Source of the DNA: Candidatus Poribacteria bacterium
GTDB lineage: Bacteria; Poribacteria; WGA-4E; PCPOR2b
Assembly (NCBI GenBank): GCA_965198175.1
Contig: OZ240245.1
Location: 3,136,001-3,200,000 of the forward strand
Length of the DNA stretch: 64,000 bases
Direction of reading: 5' to 3'
Shown: positions 30,734 to 40,544 of the stretch, one piece after another
Position numbering within the stretch: position 1 is the first letter of the stretch
How the letters are laid out: each line of letters opens with the position of its first letter
Made by a program: the position numbers and the translations under genes
The notes under the pieces: generated by a model
The model's database searches: none
What the model was told of the DNA's origin: nothing
Seen by the model: the letters and a program-made list of their open reading frames with translations, nothing else

Positions 30734-30986
30734 AAATCACCTGCCTTTGAAAGTGTACTGGAGTGTGTGGAGGAGTGATGCTATGAGGGGAAAGAAAAGC
30801 AGGTTCTTCACGGTGGTATCCATGATAGCCCAACCTCATATCTGCGCCGCTGAAGTATAGATATTATATTCCTCTAGACTGACTCAGTCAAGCGCAAAAC
30901 AGTCTCGTCGGATGTAGAATGTCCAATGCTCCAAAAGGGATGATAGCTGTCTGAAAAAAACATTCCATAAGCGGAGAAAGCCTCTT

Positions 30987-31703
30987 TTAATCGTAATGGT
31001 GTGCTGCCATGGCTTCCCGAAAGAAGTCAAAGTCATGTTCTCCGGTATCCGTTTTCCAGCGACCGACCGATTCTCGCCTGACAACAATTCTCGCTAAAGG
31101 AATACCCAAAAAATCCTCAAGACACTGGAGCGTCTCTTCGTGCTTGAGGATAAAATCCTCGAATCGGATGAGGATATAGTTTTTGGGTTTCGGCGTTGAT
31201 TTTACCAGTTCATATTGATACTGCCAGGAGATGGCTCGCCGCCTGCGGACGCTATTCGTCGCCGGGTAGTCCACTCCAAAATGGTGTAAGTCATCGGTGA
31301 TGTGATCGCCAAGAATACAATCTCTAGGATCTCGAATCCAGTGAATATACTTGATGTCTGGAAACATGCGTACAATCCACGGATAGACCAAGGTAGTCTC
31401 GGGTATTTTCCAACCTCTCTGCGCGGATTTACTGCTTAGAACATCCGCCAAATAGCTTTCAATTAGAGGCTTGAACTCCGCGTCAATCTCCATGGTGTGC
31501 AGCGGCGCCAAGTCCCATGACAACCCGCCGTCCCATTTAACGTGACCTCCCAACACTCGGCACGCATCGTACATGGCTTCTGGCGGAACTTTGTCGCCAG
31601 AGTGGTTCAGCGTGCTCCCCATATAAACTCCGCTAGCATACAATGTCTGTGAAATAGCGCGTGTGCCGGAGTGACCGCGTCCAATGACCGTGATTAAAGG
31701 CAT
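30987..31703 (-). CDS. sulfotransferase-family protein
   Basis: GRGHSGT (5'PSB), GWKIP, RDPRD (3'PB), IRFEDF, SVGRWK. Confidence 0.85.
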   Translation of the reverse strand: MPLITVIGRGHSGTRAISQTLYASGVYMGSTLNHSGDKVPPEAMYDACRVLGGHVKWDGGLSWDLAPLHTMEIDAEFKPLIESYLADVLSSKSAQRGWKIPETTLVYPWIVRMFPDIKYIHWIRDPRDCILGDHITDDLHHFGVDYPATNSVRRRRAISWQYQYELVKSTPKPKNYILIRFEDFILKHEETLQCLEDFLGIPLARIVVRRESVGRWKTDTGEHDFDFFREAMAAHHYD

Positions 31704-32016
31704 AATCCCCTCTTTTGCCTCTACGATTCAACGTTTTTGTGTTATATTATGCCCGATTATGCACTCGATTTCATCTATTTTCTTCCAAGCCTAGCAGAAG
31801 ACGAGTCGGCAACTATGTTGTATTGTATGTCAGGGTTAGTGTGGTAAATATGTTACAATTATGTTATACTGAAAAAAGGACAGCGAGCTATATTACACCA
31901 CACAGTATAGAAACGGCAGCGTGCGGAGGGGCTAACTTGAATTCAATTCATCGGAGTTAGTCAAATTTGCACCATCGCTCGGATAAGAGTTCTTAGAGAA
32001 ATGGAGGTACACTACC

Positions 32017-32805
32017 ATGGCGCATACGTATGATTGTGCCCCAACACTGACGGATTCACAAATACTCGAGTTCTGCAAGAAAGGATTTCTAATACTGGAT
32101 GGGGTCGTTCCAGATGAAATCAATCGGCGCGTGTGTGAATACTGCGATGAACATGACGGCGATGTACCGGCAGGGGAGGATTGGTATATTGAAAACGTGA
32201 CGCTGAATCCCCAAGCCGCTGGTGCGATACGGTCTGTTTTGGGCAAAAACTTCACCTATTCTACCCAAATGGGAAATACTCGAATTCAGTGTCCTGCTGG
32301 TATGGAAGGCGGTTGGCACACTGATGGAGGCTCGTCGTACATTCCTGGACTGGATAGTCTCCAGGTGTTTTACTACCCTCAAGACACCCCCCTCGAGCTT
32401 GGTCCAACAGAGTTATTGCCCGAATCTCATTTTCTTTTCAATTTGCAGTGCTGGATGAGGCATTACGGGAGGATCCGCGGCGCTGTCTCCACCGCCGGCA
32501 GCGCCGGTACGATTTTTCTCACCATCTATCGTATTTGGCACCGCCGCACAGCGTCCACAGCCAGCGCTATTCGCAATCAGATGAAGTATTGGTATACGCG
32601 CACCGTTCCGCCCGATCGTGACTGGATTCGGGAACCGGACTTCGAGCCTCGGCGCGCCAAAGGTTCGCCAGCCCTTTACTACTTTCACCGGGAACACCAT
32701 CGAGCAATCAACGATGCCGCCGAGCTGTTTTACTGGTTATGCGGACTTGAGGACGAATATCACTCGGTGAGCAAGAATAATTTGCCAGTCTTCTGGTCTC
32801 GGTGA
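32017..32805 (+). CDS. phytanoyl-CoA dioxygenase (PhyH)-family Fe/2OG oxygenase
   Basis: F.KKGFLILDGV, WHTDG, GPTELLPESH, IWHR; GGAGG RBS. Confidence 0.88.
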   Translation: MAHTYDCAPTLTDSQILEFCKKGFLILDGVVPDEINRRVCEYCDEHDGDVPAGEDWYIENVTLNPQAAGAIRSVLGKNFTYSTQMGNTRIQCPAGMEGGWHTDGGSSYIPGLDSLQVFYYPQDTPLELGPTELLPESHFLFNLQCWMRHYGRIRGAVSTAGSAGTIFLTIYRIWHRRTASTASAIRNQMKYWYTRTVPPDRDWIREPDFEPRRAKGSPALYYFHREHHRAINDAAELFYWLCGLEDEYHSVSKNNLPVFWSR

Positions 32806-32855
32806 AGCTAGCCAGCAATTAAATGTAGGTTTTTACTCAAATGGTGGAGGGGATT

Positions 32856-33614
32856 ATGAAATGTGTAATTATTGGATTGGCAGTGCTCTCGTTAGCCACT
32901 ACGGCATGGGCGGGTGTGTTAAGGGACAATTTTAACGATGGAGATGCAGATGGGTGGCGAAAGTTCGGAGGAAAAATTTTCAATTCTCAATTCGACGAAA
33001 CCACTCGATGGTCTGCGGAAACGGGGAAGTTGGTTGCTAGGTCCAGAGATGCCAAGGGGTTCGCAAGCGTGTTCGGAATAGGAAATCGAACATGGAGAAA
33101 TTATGAGTTTACATGCCAGTTCGAGATTAGAGATACTTTTCCTAGCGCACCGTCATCGCCAGAGGTTGGCTTTGGCTTACACTACAACAAGCCTAATGAA
33201 AAAGTGCTCAACGGTTTAGGTTTTATCGTTATCGCAAAAGATCATTTTAACTGGACGTTGGGAATTTGCCAACGATTTTGGGAGGGATTTTACCTGCGGA
33301 TTCACGCAAATAACAACTATAAACTCAGAGAAAGACACCTGTATAGAGTGCGAGCTGTCGCCGAAGGTGATTTATATCGGATGTTTCTCGACGACCAGTT
33401 GGTATGTGAGTATGAAAACCCCGACGAGTTTGGGACTTCCCTTGATGCAGGGGCGGTAGTGCTAGTAGCCAAAAATTGTGAGGTTCACTTTGATGAAGTA
33501 GTGATTACAGGAGATGAGATTCCAAATGCAGACTTGAATTTTGGAGAATGGCAACTTGCTGTATCACCTCAAGCCAAGCTCACCTACACTTGGGGGCGGA
33601 TAAAGAAGTTTTAA
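32856..33614 (+). CDS. secreted beta-sandwich (DUF1080/ConA-like) protein with C-terminal TWG motif
   Basis: Signal peptide; DNFNDGDADGW; EVHFDEVVITG; C-terminus LAVSPQAKLTYTWGRIKKF. Confidence 0.7.
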   Translation: MKCVIIGLAVLSLATTAWAGVLRDNFNDGDADGWRKFGGKIFNSQFDETTRWSAETGKLVARSRDAKGFASVFGIGNRTWRNYEFTCQFEIRDTFPSAPSSPEVGFGLHYNKPNEKVLNGLGFIVIAKDHFNWTLGICQRFWEGFYLRIHANNNYKLRERHLYRVRAVAEGDLYRMFLDDQLVCEYENPDEFGTSLDAGAVVLVAKNCEVHFDEVVITGDEIPNADLNFGEWQLAVSPQAKLTYTWGRIKKF

Positions 33615-33818
33615 CTCTCTGACGATTTTGGATTTCTCCTACGTGTCAGTATTTTCTCACTTTCGAGATGAATCTGATACATTTTCGCATCGCCCTATCT
33701 TAGCAGTAAACGAAATAGCCTACTATCCCACAGCACAAAAGGTTGAACACATGTACTGATTTCCTTAGACATCAAATCCGACAATTTGCCGGGCGCGTCT
33801 AAAGCCACCCAATCAACC

Positions 33819-35285
33819 ATGCAATCTTTTTCAAGTCCTGCGTTACTCAAAAATTTTCCCAATATACATCTGCTTTCTGAGCTCAATGCATTTGCTGAAA
33901 ACCGAGGCATTCAGCTCTACCTTGTAGGCGGTTCGGTGCGAGATCTGCTTCTCAACCGTGAAATCACCGATCTTGATTTCGCCGTCGATCGCGATGCGAT
34001 TCCGTTCGCCAAAGCGTTTGCCGATCGTACCGGTGAAGCGTTTGTGAAATTGGAAGATCGACTGCCAACCGCGCGGGTTGTTATTCGAGAGACACGATTC
34101 ACACTGGACTTTACGCAGTTTCGCGCTGAGACATTGGAAGCTGATTTGCGGTTGCGCGATTTCACGATTAACGCCATCGCTATTGATCTCTCCTCGCTCT
34201 TGACACAACCAACGGTGAAACTGATAGATCCATGCCACGGTATCGGGGATGTGAAAGCGAAACGCTTACGCTTTCCTGACCCCCAGGTTGTGAGGGACGA
34301 TCCGCTCCGGATGCTGCGTGCATATCGTCTCGCAGCCGAATTAGGGTTTGAGATGCCAGAGCCAACAATCAATCTCATCCGTCAACATAAAGAAGAACTG
34401 TCGACAGTTTCGCTTGAGCGTATCCGAGATGAGTTCATCAAAATCTTAAATGTAAAAAATTCGGTCGTCTATCTACGCCAAATGGACGAGATACGTCTCC
34501 TTTCACAGGTGATTCCTGAAATTGAAGACATGCGGCGTGTGCAACAGGGCGATTATCACGGTCTCAACATCTGGGAACATTCCTTGCTCGCTATTGAGAT
34601 GTTTGAGGCGAAACCGGTCCCTGATGTTTTGCAACTATACGACAGTGAAGTTCAAACATACTTGAACGGAACCATCGTCTACAGCAAGAAGCGATGCCAT
34701 ATCATTAAGCTGGGTTTGATGCTCCATGATGTCGGCAAACCGGCAATGAAAACAATCAACACGGAAAATAAGGTGCGATTTCTCGATCACGAGAAGGTAG
34801 GCGCGGAGATTGCGGTCGAAATTATGAAGCGTTTACGATTAGGTAGAAAAGTGGTAAATCTGATGAATTGTCTCGTCCGGAACCATCTGCATATACAGTA
34901 CCTTGTCAAATCCTTGCCGCCAACGCGCCAAGTCATGCTTCGCTTTCTAAAGAACGCAGATGAGGACTGGTTAGGAGTTATCTTGCTATCCTATGCGGAT
35001 CAGCGCGCGTCACAGGGTAGACTTTGCTCCCCGGATGGAGTGTCCAAAACAGAAACAGTAATGTGCAAAATTGCAGATCTCTATTACAACGAAATCTTAC
35101 CAATAGTGACACGTGGCAGACTAATCACGGGACATGACGTCATTCAAACGCTTGGGTTGAAACCGGGCATCAGAGTTGGGCGCATCTTGAAGCATATCGA
35201 AGCACTTCAGTTTGAAGGAAAAATCCATACTCCTGAAGAAGCCCTAGTAGCTGCACAGACATTTTTAGAAGGGTGTGAAGCGTAG
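33819..35285 (+). CDS. class II tRNA nucleotidyltransferase with HD domain, probably CC-adding
   Basis: VGGSVRD...DLDF, RDFTINA, DDPLRMLRA, ERIRDE, LHDVGKP, ITGHD...PG..VG.IL. Flexible loop absent. Confidence 0.85.
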   Translation: MQSFSSPALLKNFPNIHLLSELNAFAENRGIQLYLVGGSVRDLLLNREITDLDFAVDRDAIPFAKAFADRTGEAFVKLEDRLPTARVVIRETRFTLDFTQFRAETLEADLRLRDFTINAIAIDLSSLLTQPTVKLIDPCHGIGDVKAKRLRFPDPQVVRDDPLRMLRAYRLAAELGFEMPEPTINLIRQHKEELSTVSLERIRDEFIKILNVKNSVVYLRQMDEIRLLSQVIPEIEDMRRVQQGDYHGLNIWEHSLLAIEMFEAKPVPDVLQLYDSEVQTYLNGTIVYSKKRCHIIKLGLMLHDVGKPAMKTINTENKVRFLDHEKVGAEIAVEIMKRLRLGRKVVNLMNCLVRNHLHIQYLVKSLPPTRQVMLRFLKNADEDWLGVILLSYADQRASQGRLCSPDGVSKTETVMCKIADLYYNEILPIVTRGRLITGHDVIQTLGLKPGIRVGRILKHIEALQFEGKIHTPEEALVAAQTFLEGCEA

Positions 35286-35481
35286 CAAGGAAGCGAGGAA
35301 AAATTATCAACGGCGCTGAATCTCTCTGAAGATCGGGTTGAAGAAGTATGGAAACCGCACCTTCAGCTTGCAAAATGCTTGACCGCAAGTTTTTAGTATT
35401 CAGTCCCCTTGCCATCCGGATTGCTAGAGAGAGTTGTTACGCACCCATTGATGTTGGTTTCTTGGGGGGCGATGATTGAAT

Positions 35482-36510
35482 ATGAATCGGGAACTCTGTT
35501 TAGAAGTAGCGGCGGAAGAGGCGATCCGACTTGCACAAGAGCGCGGGGACGTAATCAGTGTCTTCGTATGCGGTTCAATCGTAAAAGAATCACCACCTGA
35601 CTACGCTGATGTCGATCTCCGCGTTGTAATTAAGGGGGATGGGTTAGAAGCCGGTTTTTTTGCGATGAAACAGGGTGTCCCGCTCGAATGGACATTCGTC
35701 CCCAAGCGACGCTTTGACGACCGTAACACGCTATTAAACGCTTCATTTCTTGCGTTGGAACTCGCCAAGGGAACCATTATCTACGACCCGACTGGCTGGC
35801 TGGGTCAAGTGAGAGAGGACATCCATTCAGTCTGCGAACGCCCTTCATATCAGATCCAGAGAAGTCAACGTCTGCTGGATGCCGCCAAGTTGCTCTACGA
35901 CGGAATTCAGGAAAACTTTGAATCCGGAGAACAGGCTCCCCTGTGGGATGTGCGCTGCACAATCTTCTGGACCGGCGAAACACCAGCACTGATGTTGAAC
36001 GAAATTCCGAATCACCGCAGATTAATGGTGGAATTGAAAGATGTGGGCGTGCGCCTAAATGCTCCTGAGCTGTACCCGACGGGGATAGAAACGCTAGGTG
36101 CGGAAGGAGTCAGCACATCGGATGTCGAAACTTTCCTAATTGATGCCCTTGATAGCATTACATATGTCAATACCGTGAGCGACACACCCCACTTCCATAT
36201 CTCTTTGGACAAACGTCCATACTGGGAACATGGGATACGACAGATGCTAGCTGAAGGTTACCACCGCGAGGCGCTTTGGCCCATCCTGACCTTGATGAGC
36301 GCAATGCATCCGATTCTCGCTTCCGCCGATACGCCGGAATCCTCAAGACATTACCTGCGCTGTAGACGCTTTTTGGACCGGATAGGCTTTCTATCTAGAG
36401 ATGATTTTCATCAGAAGTTAATCAGACTTGGCGAGTGGATAGCGCAGGTACAACCCCTGATCGCTCGGCAAAGATTATCGCATCAAGACAGTTCGATCGT
36501 AGATGGGTGA
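35482..36510 (+). CDS. Pol-beta-type nucleotidyltransferase domain protein with helical C-terminus
   Basis: VFVCGS...YADVDLRVV; IIYDPTGWL. Confidence 0.7.
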   Translation: MNRELCLEVAAEEAIRLAQERGDVISVFVCGSIVKESPPDYADVDLRVVIKGDGLEAGFFAMKQGVPLEWTFVPKRRFDDRNTLLNASFLALELAKGTIIYDPTGWLGQVREDIHSVCERPSYQIQRSQRLLDAAKLLYDGIQENFESGEQAPLWDVRCTIFWTGETPALMLNEIPNHRRLMVELKDVGVRLNAPELYPTGIETLGAEGVSTSDVETFLIDALDSITYVNTVSDTPHFHISLDKRPYWEHGIRQMLAEGYHREALWPILTLMSAMHPILASADTPESSRHYLRCRRFLDRIGFLSRDDFHQKLIRLGEWIAQVQPLIARQRLSHQDSSIVDG

Positions 36511-36576
36511 AACGGATAAAGGAGGCAAACGGTGATTGATGAGAGTTGGTATAAGCGTCCTCAGGTCACGGTTCGT

Positions 36577-38190
36577 CTACAACGGAACAATTCCCGCATA
36601 TTTGACGCCGGTCAAGTACGCGATATCGCGCTTCCAAGTTGTTAGATCAGTCGCACACAGTTGATTCAGATGCGTATGCCCGCATGCGCGAGCAAGCGCC
36701 TGCATCAATTCGGTTGCCGCGCCGAGGAAGCGGTTGAGTCGGCGAGCGGCTTCATTCACAATCAGCCGGGCACGGAGGCTTTCCTTTTGTGTTGCAATTC
36801 CTACTGGGCAATTATTGGTATGACACGCACGCATGCCGACGCATCCGATTGCCTGCATTGCAGAATTGGCGATTGCTACCCCGTCTGCACCGACGGCTAG
36901 TGCTTTTGCAAAATCAGCAGGACTCCGCAAGCCGCCCGTGGCAATCAATGTAACATCGCTGTTGCCTCTTTCGTCCAAGTATTTCCGCGCGCGCGCAATC
37001 GCTGGCATAGTTGGCACCGAAATGTTGTCTCGAAAAATAAGTGGTGCTGCGCCTGTGCCCCCTCCACGCCCGTCAAGGATGATGTAATCAACTGGGATTT
37101 GAAGGGCGGTTTCGATATCCTCCTCAATATGTTGGGCTGATAACTTAAATCCGATCGGAATGCCTCCGGTCAGTTTACGAACTTCGCTCGCAAATCCCTT
37201 GAAGTCCTCCAAACTGTTCCAGTCCGGGAATCGAGCCGGTGATACTGCCGGTTGTCCGGCTATGAGCCCTCGAACCTCGGCAATTCTTCCTTTCACTTTT
37301 TCCGCTGGGAGATGACCACCAGTTCCGGTTTTTGCTCCTTGTCCTCCTTTGAAGTGAAAGGCTTGAACAAGGTTGAGTTTGTCGAATGAAAAGCCGAAGC
37401 GCGCAGAAGCCAACTCGTAAAAATAACGACTGTTTTCAGCCTGTTCCTCCGGCAGCATTCCGCCTTCACCAGAACATATCCCCGTCCCTGACATCTCTGC
37501 GCCTCGTGCTAAAGCGATCTTTGCTTCGGCGGACAATGCGCCAAAACTCATGTCCGAAACAAAAACCGGAATATCAAGCTTGAGTGGCTTTCTGGCGTTT
37601 CGACCGAGGACCAGCTCGGTTCCAACAGGGACATCATCTAGCTGGGGAAATTTGTGCAGTTGAGCAGTGATAAATTGCAGGTCATCCCAGCTAGGAAGTT
37701 CGTCCCTTTGAACACCCATCGCTGCCATCCGTCCGTGATCGCCAACCTTACTGAGCCCGTAACTCGCTAGATGACGGATGTAATCCACATAAGGCTCTTC
37801 AGACGTACCGTGTATATCCTGGTATGTCCCTTGATATTCGTCACGTTTGTATGGCTCAGGATTTTTCTTCTCCCAAGCGAGGATTTCCTCTTCATCAACC
37901 AATACTGCATCGTCCTCGATCCACGTCGTGAATTTCTCCAACCGCTCTTCATTATGATATTCGCTGATACCTGTGTCGTAACGATAATCCCAGTTGTGAA
38001 CCCCACAAATTAGATTTTTTCCATCAATATGTCCGTCTGCGAGCAGGGCTCCACGGTGCAGACATCGCCCATACAACACGGAAATATCTTCGTCGTATCT
38101 GATAATCACTAGGTCCACATCTCCGACCAATGCATGAGCGGGTTCGCGATCCTGTAATTCACTGAATGTAGCAACGCGGATTTTTTTCAT
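36577..38190 (-). CDS. Rieske [2Fe-2S] domain fused to FMN-binding glutamate synthase-like domain
   Basis: CLH...CGVH Rieske ligands; MSFGALS; SGEGG; QGAKTGTGGHLP; GGGTGAAP; C...R.CHTNNCPVGIATQ. Confidence 0.9.
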   Translation of the reverse strand: MKKIRVATFSELQDREPAHALVGDVDLVIIRYDEDISVLYGRCLHRGALLADGHIDGKNLICGVHNWDYRYDTGISEYHNEERLEKFTTWIEDDAVLVDEEEILAWEKKNPEPYKRDEYQGTYQDIHGTSEEPYVDYIRHLASYGLSKVGDHGRMAAMGVQRDELPSWDDLQFITAQLHKFPQLDDVPVGTELVLGRNARKPLKLDIPVFVSDMSFGALSAEAKIALARGAEMSGTGICSGEGGMLPEEQAENSRYFYELASARFGFSFDKLNLVQAFHFKGGQGAKTGTGGHLPAEKVKGRIAEVRGLIAGQPAVSPARFPDWNSLEDFKGFASEVRKLTGGIPIGFKLSAQHIEEDIETALQIPVDYIILDGRGGGTGAAPLIFRDNISVPTMPAIARARKYLDERGNSDVTLIATGGLRSPADFAKALAVGADGVAIANSAMQAIGCVGMRACHTNNCPVGIATQKESLRARLIVNEAARRLNRFLGAATELMQALARACGHTHLNQLCATDLTTWKRDIAYLTGVKYAGIVPL

Positions 38191-38388
38191 CTCTTCTCCT
38201 ATTGGTCTGTTAGCTTAGGATACATAGGCATCTTTCCAAAGCAATAACATTTGAGGTATTGCCGTACTTCCGATGTTCAACAGTTGTGCGAATGGAATCC
38301 GGTACTGTTCAATCGAAAAATGCCTTTTACACGTTTCACAAGATATGCAGAAGGGTAATACGCCACTCGGAATCTGCGCGATAACCTA

Positions 38389-38916
38389 CTAAATTTCGAG
38401 CAGGTTATCCCATTCACAATCGAGACAGAATAAATCCGTTTGGCTAAGATGCTGGATATTTTGACTTCTACATTGAGGGCAGGTTGGACGAGCTTTTGAG
38501 TTCAGTGGATTGGTTTGCTGACGAATATTCAGGTAGTAGGTTTTAATCTCTCCCTCGTAGCGATGTCCCCTTGGACAGCGAATCCTTCTGGTAGGATGTG
38601 TTTCGAGACGTTCAATGATTTCCCGCAAAAATGGAATGCGGCACCCACAAATCGGACAAGGGTTTGGATAGAGTTCCTTAGTAATAATCACATCGGAATT
38701 CTCTTCCCGTATTGTGACCGGCATCAAGAAATGACGCTGCAGCATCTGCCTGACATCTGCTTCCGCATTGATTGCTTGTCGAACATTCTGTTGATTTATA
38801 ATTTCTTGATATGTTTCTGGGCTAAATATAATCTGCGCTGGCGTCATTGTTCCACGCAAGCTGAACACGATATTGTGGATTCTATCGAGTGTTGATGTTG
38901 ATTTTATCATACCCAC
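38389..38916 (-). CDS. hypothetical protein with Zn-ribbon motifs
   Basis: CPICG, CPRGH, CPQC, CLDC; AAGAG upstream of the second codon region. Confidence 0.65.
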   Translation of the reverse strand: MGMIKSTSTLDRIHNIVFSLRGTMTPAQIIFSPETYQEIINQQNVRQAINAEADVRQMLQRHFLMPVTIREENSDVIITKELYPNPCPICGCRIPFLREIIERLETHPTRRIRCPRGHRYEGEIKTYYLNIRQQTNPLNSKARPTCPQCRSQNIQHLSQTDLFCLDCEWDNLLEI

Positions 38917-38940
38917 TCTCTTGCGCCCCTGTGCCTCAAT

Positions 38941-39078
38941 AAAAAAGGGGTTCTAGCGAAAAGAATCTCGGTAAAAGTTCCGCAGTTGGACTCTATAAAG
39001 AACCGCTTTATCCACATCTTCACTCGCGGAATTTCGCCTAGTCTACCCCGACACTGACCCTACTTTTGTGGGATCAGG
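38941..39078 (-). ncRNA. candidate structured RNA / long terminator
   Basis: A small hairpin, then a roughly 103-nt nested rod (GGGGU/ACCCC, CUAG, GCGAAA/UUUCGC, UUCCGC/GCGGAA, UAAAG/CUUUA) ending in U6. Confidence 0.35.
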
Positions 39079-39111
39079 CATTAGTCAAACCACAATCTTG
39101 AGTTGAAGCAT

Positions 39112-39471
39112 CTATACTTTTGTTGTTTCACCTTGTTGCAACAAATCTTCACGGCTCCGGGCGATTGGCGAAGGCTGGCTTTTCGATCTGTAAACATCAG
39201 CGGGATGGTTTCGAAGTATGAGTAAATCTGACTCGTCCTTTTCAATTCTATCGCCCTCAATTAAGTTAATCTCAATTTTTCGCATGCTCGTTGTTAGATT
39301 AACGACGACCTTGCATGGATCGTGGAGAGTAATATGCCACCCATCTGATGTTTTTTCTCGGGTGGATTTGGCTGGAACATTAATAGACTGCACTTGGTTT
39401 GTGCTGATAATAACAACACTTTCTGCCTCAACTGCCCCATTACCGTTTTGTACACCGTTTTCTTGAGCCAT
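39112..39471 (-). CDS. hypothetical protein
   Basis: ATG 39471 (MAQENG) with AGGAAAG upstream, downstream of a strong promoter. Confidence 0.65.
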   Translation of the reverse strand: MAQENGVQNGNGAVEAESVVIISTNQVQSINVPAKSTREKTSDGWHITLHDPCKVVVNLTTSMRKIEINLIEGDRIEKDESDLLILRNHPADVYRSKSQPSPIARSREDLLQQGETTKV

Positions 39472-39547
39472 TGCTTTCCTCGCTAAAACTTCTGAATCGT
39501 CAATTGTTGGATACGTATCCGCACTGCCGCAAACACTTATCTTGCTA

Positions 39548-39576
39548 ATTCTACTGGAGATTATTGTTCTTGTCAA
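39548..39576 (-). promoter_or_regulatory. sigma70 promoter
   Basis: TTGACA-N17-TAGAAT on the minus strand. Confidence 0.75.
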
Positions 39577-39719
39577 CCCTATTTTATTCTTTAAATCCGG
39601 CGGTAGAAGGCTGACGGGGTGAGAACCCACATATCCAAGAAAGAACCGTTTAATTGGGGGGAAGATAACAATCGACTAGCTTGATTGACGGTGAGTATCG
39701 GGATGTATACTATCAAAAT

Positions 39720-40262
39720 CTACTGACTTTTCTCAGTGAAGTTGAGCGCAGCGGAATTAATGCAATAACGAAGCCCGGTCGGTGGCGGACCATCTTCAAA
39801 AATGTGACCGAGGTGCGCATCACATCGACTGCAAAGCACTTCAGTACGGGTCATAAAGAAACTCTTATCGCTTTCAGTGCTAATCTTATCTGTCGAAATC
39901 GGCTGCCAGAAACTTGGCCAACCGGTTCCAGAGTTATACTTCGTTTCGGAACTAAAGAGTTCGCTGCCGCAACAGATGCACTGGTACACGCCTTTCCCCT
40001 TAAAATCGTGATATTCACCAGTGAACGCGCGTTCTGTTCCCTTCTTCCGTGTCACGTGATATTGCTCGGGCGTCAGCAACTGTCGCCACTCTTCCTCCGC
40101 TTTTTTGAATTTCTCAGACATCTTTACCTCTTTCTGTTCTTGTAATTCCGCGTTATTTCCCGATAGGGCTGCTTTCTCTTGCGCTTGCTTGCAGGCGAGA
40201 TGGAAGCCGATTAACGAGAAGGAAATTAGCAGTAAGGTGGATTTCAATATTCTAACTATCAT
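39720..40262 (-). CDS. msrB: peptide-methionine (R)-S-oxide reductase with N-terminal lipoprotein-like signal
   Basis: GTERAFTG, CICC, KYNSGTGWPSF, HLGHIF.DGP..TGLRYCINSAAL. Confidence 0.95.
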   Translation of the reverse strand: MIVRILKSTLLLISFSLIGFHLACKQAQEKAALSGNNAELQEQKEVKMSEKFKKAEEEWRQLLTPEQYHVTRKKGTERAFTGEYHDFKGKGVYQCICCGSELFSSETKYNSGTGWPSFWQPISTDKISTESDKSFFMTRTEVLCSRCDAHLGHIFEDGPPPTGLRYCINSAALNFTEKSQ

Positions 40263-40544
40263 TATGTGTCTCCTCGTACAACGACATTTAGTAAACACTT
40301 TATTATACCCCGAATCTGTAGTGAAAGTTGCATCATTACAAAGCTATATCGCAGCGAGATTATCGTGGATATTGTGGACGGATATGAATGTGAACCGCTG
40401 CGGACACGAGTGAACATCTCACAGGGCTATAAGAATTCGCCCTGCACCGCAAAGCCTGGAATGGCATGAACCCCAAACGCCGGTTCAGCGGCGATTTGCA
40501 TGTGGTGCTTTTTAATCGGCCCACAGGGAGATCGCCCGTACCGC

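Noticed and set aside
36577..38190. Rieske-glutamate synthase fusion as novel
   Set aside because: This is an already known domain architecture.
39008..39016. Perfect DnaA box TTATCCACA as oriC
   Set aside because: It is a single box, with no cluster, unwinding element or dnaA/dnaN context.
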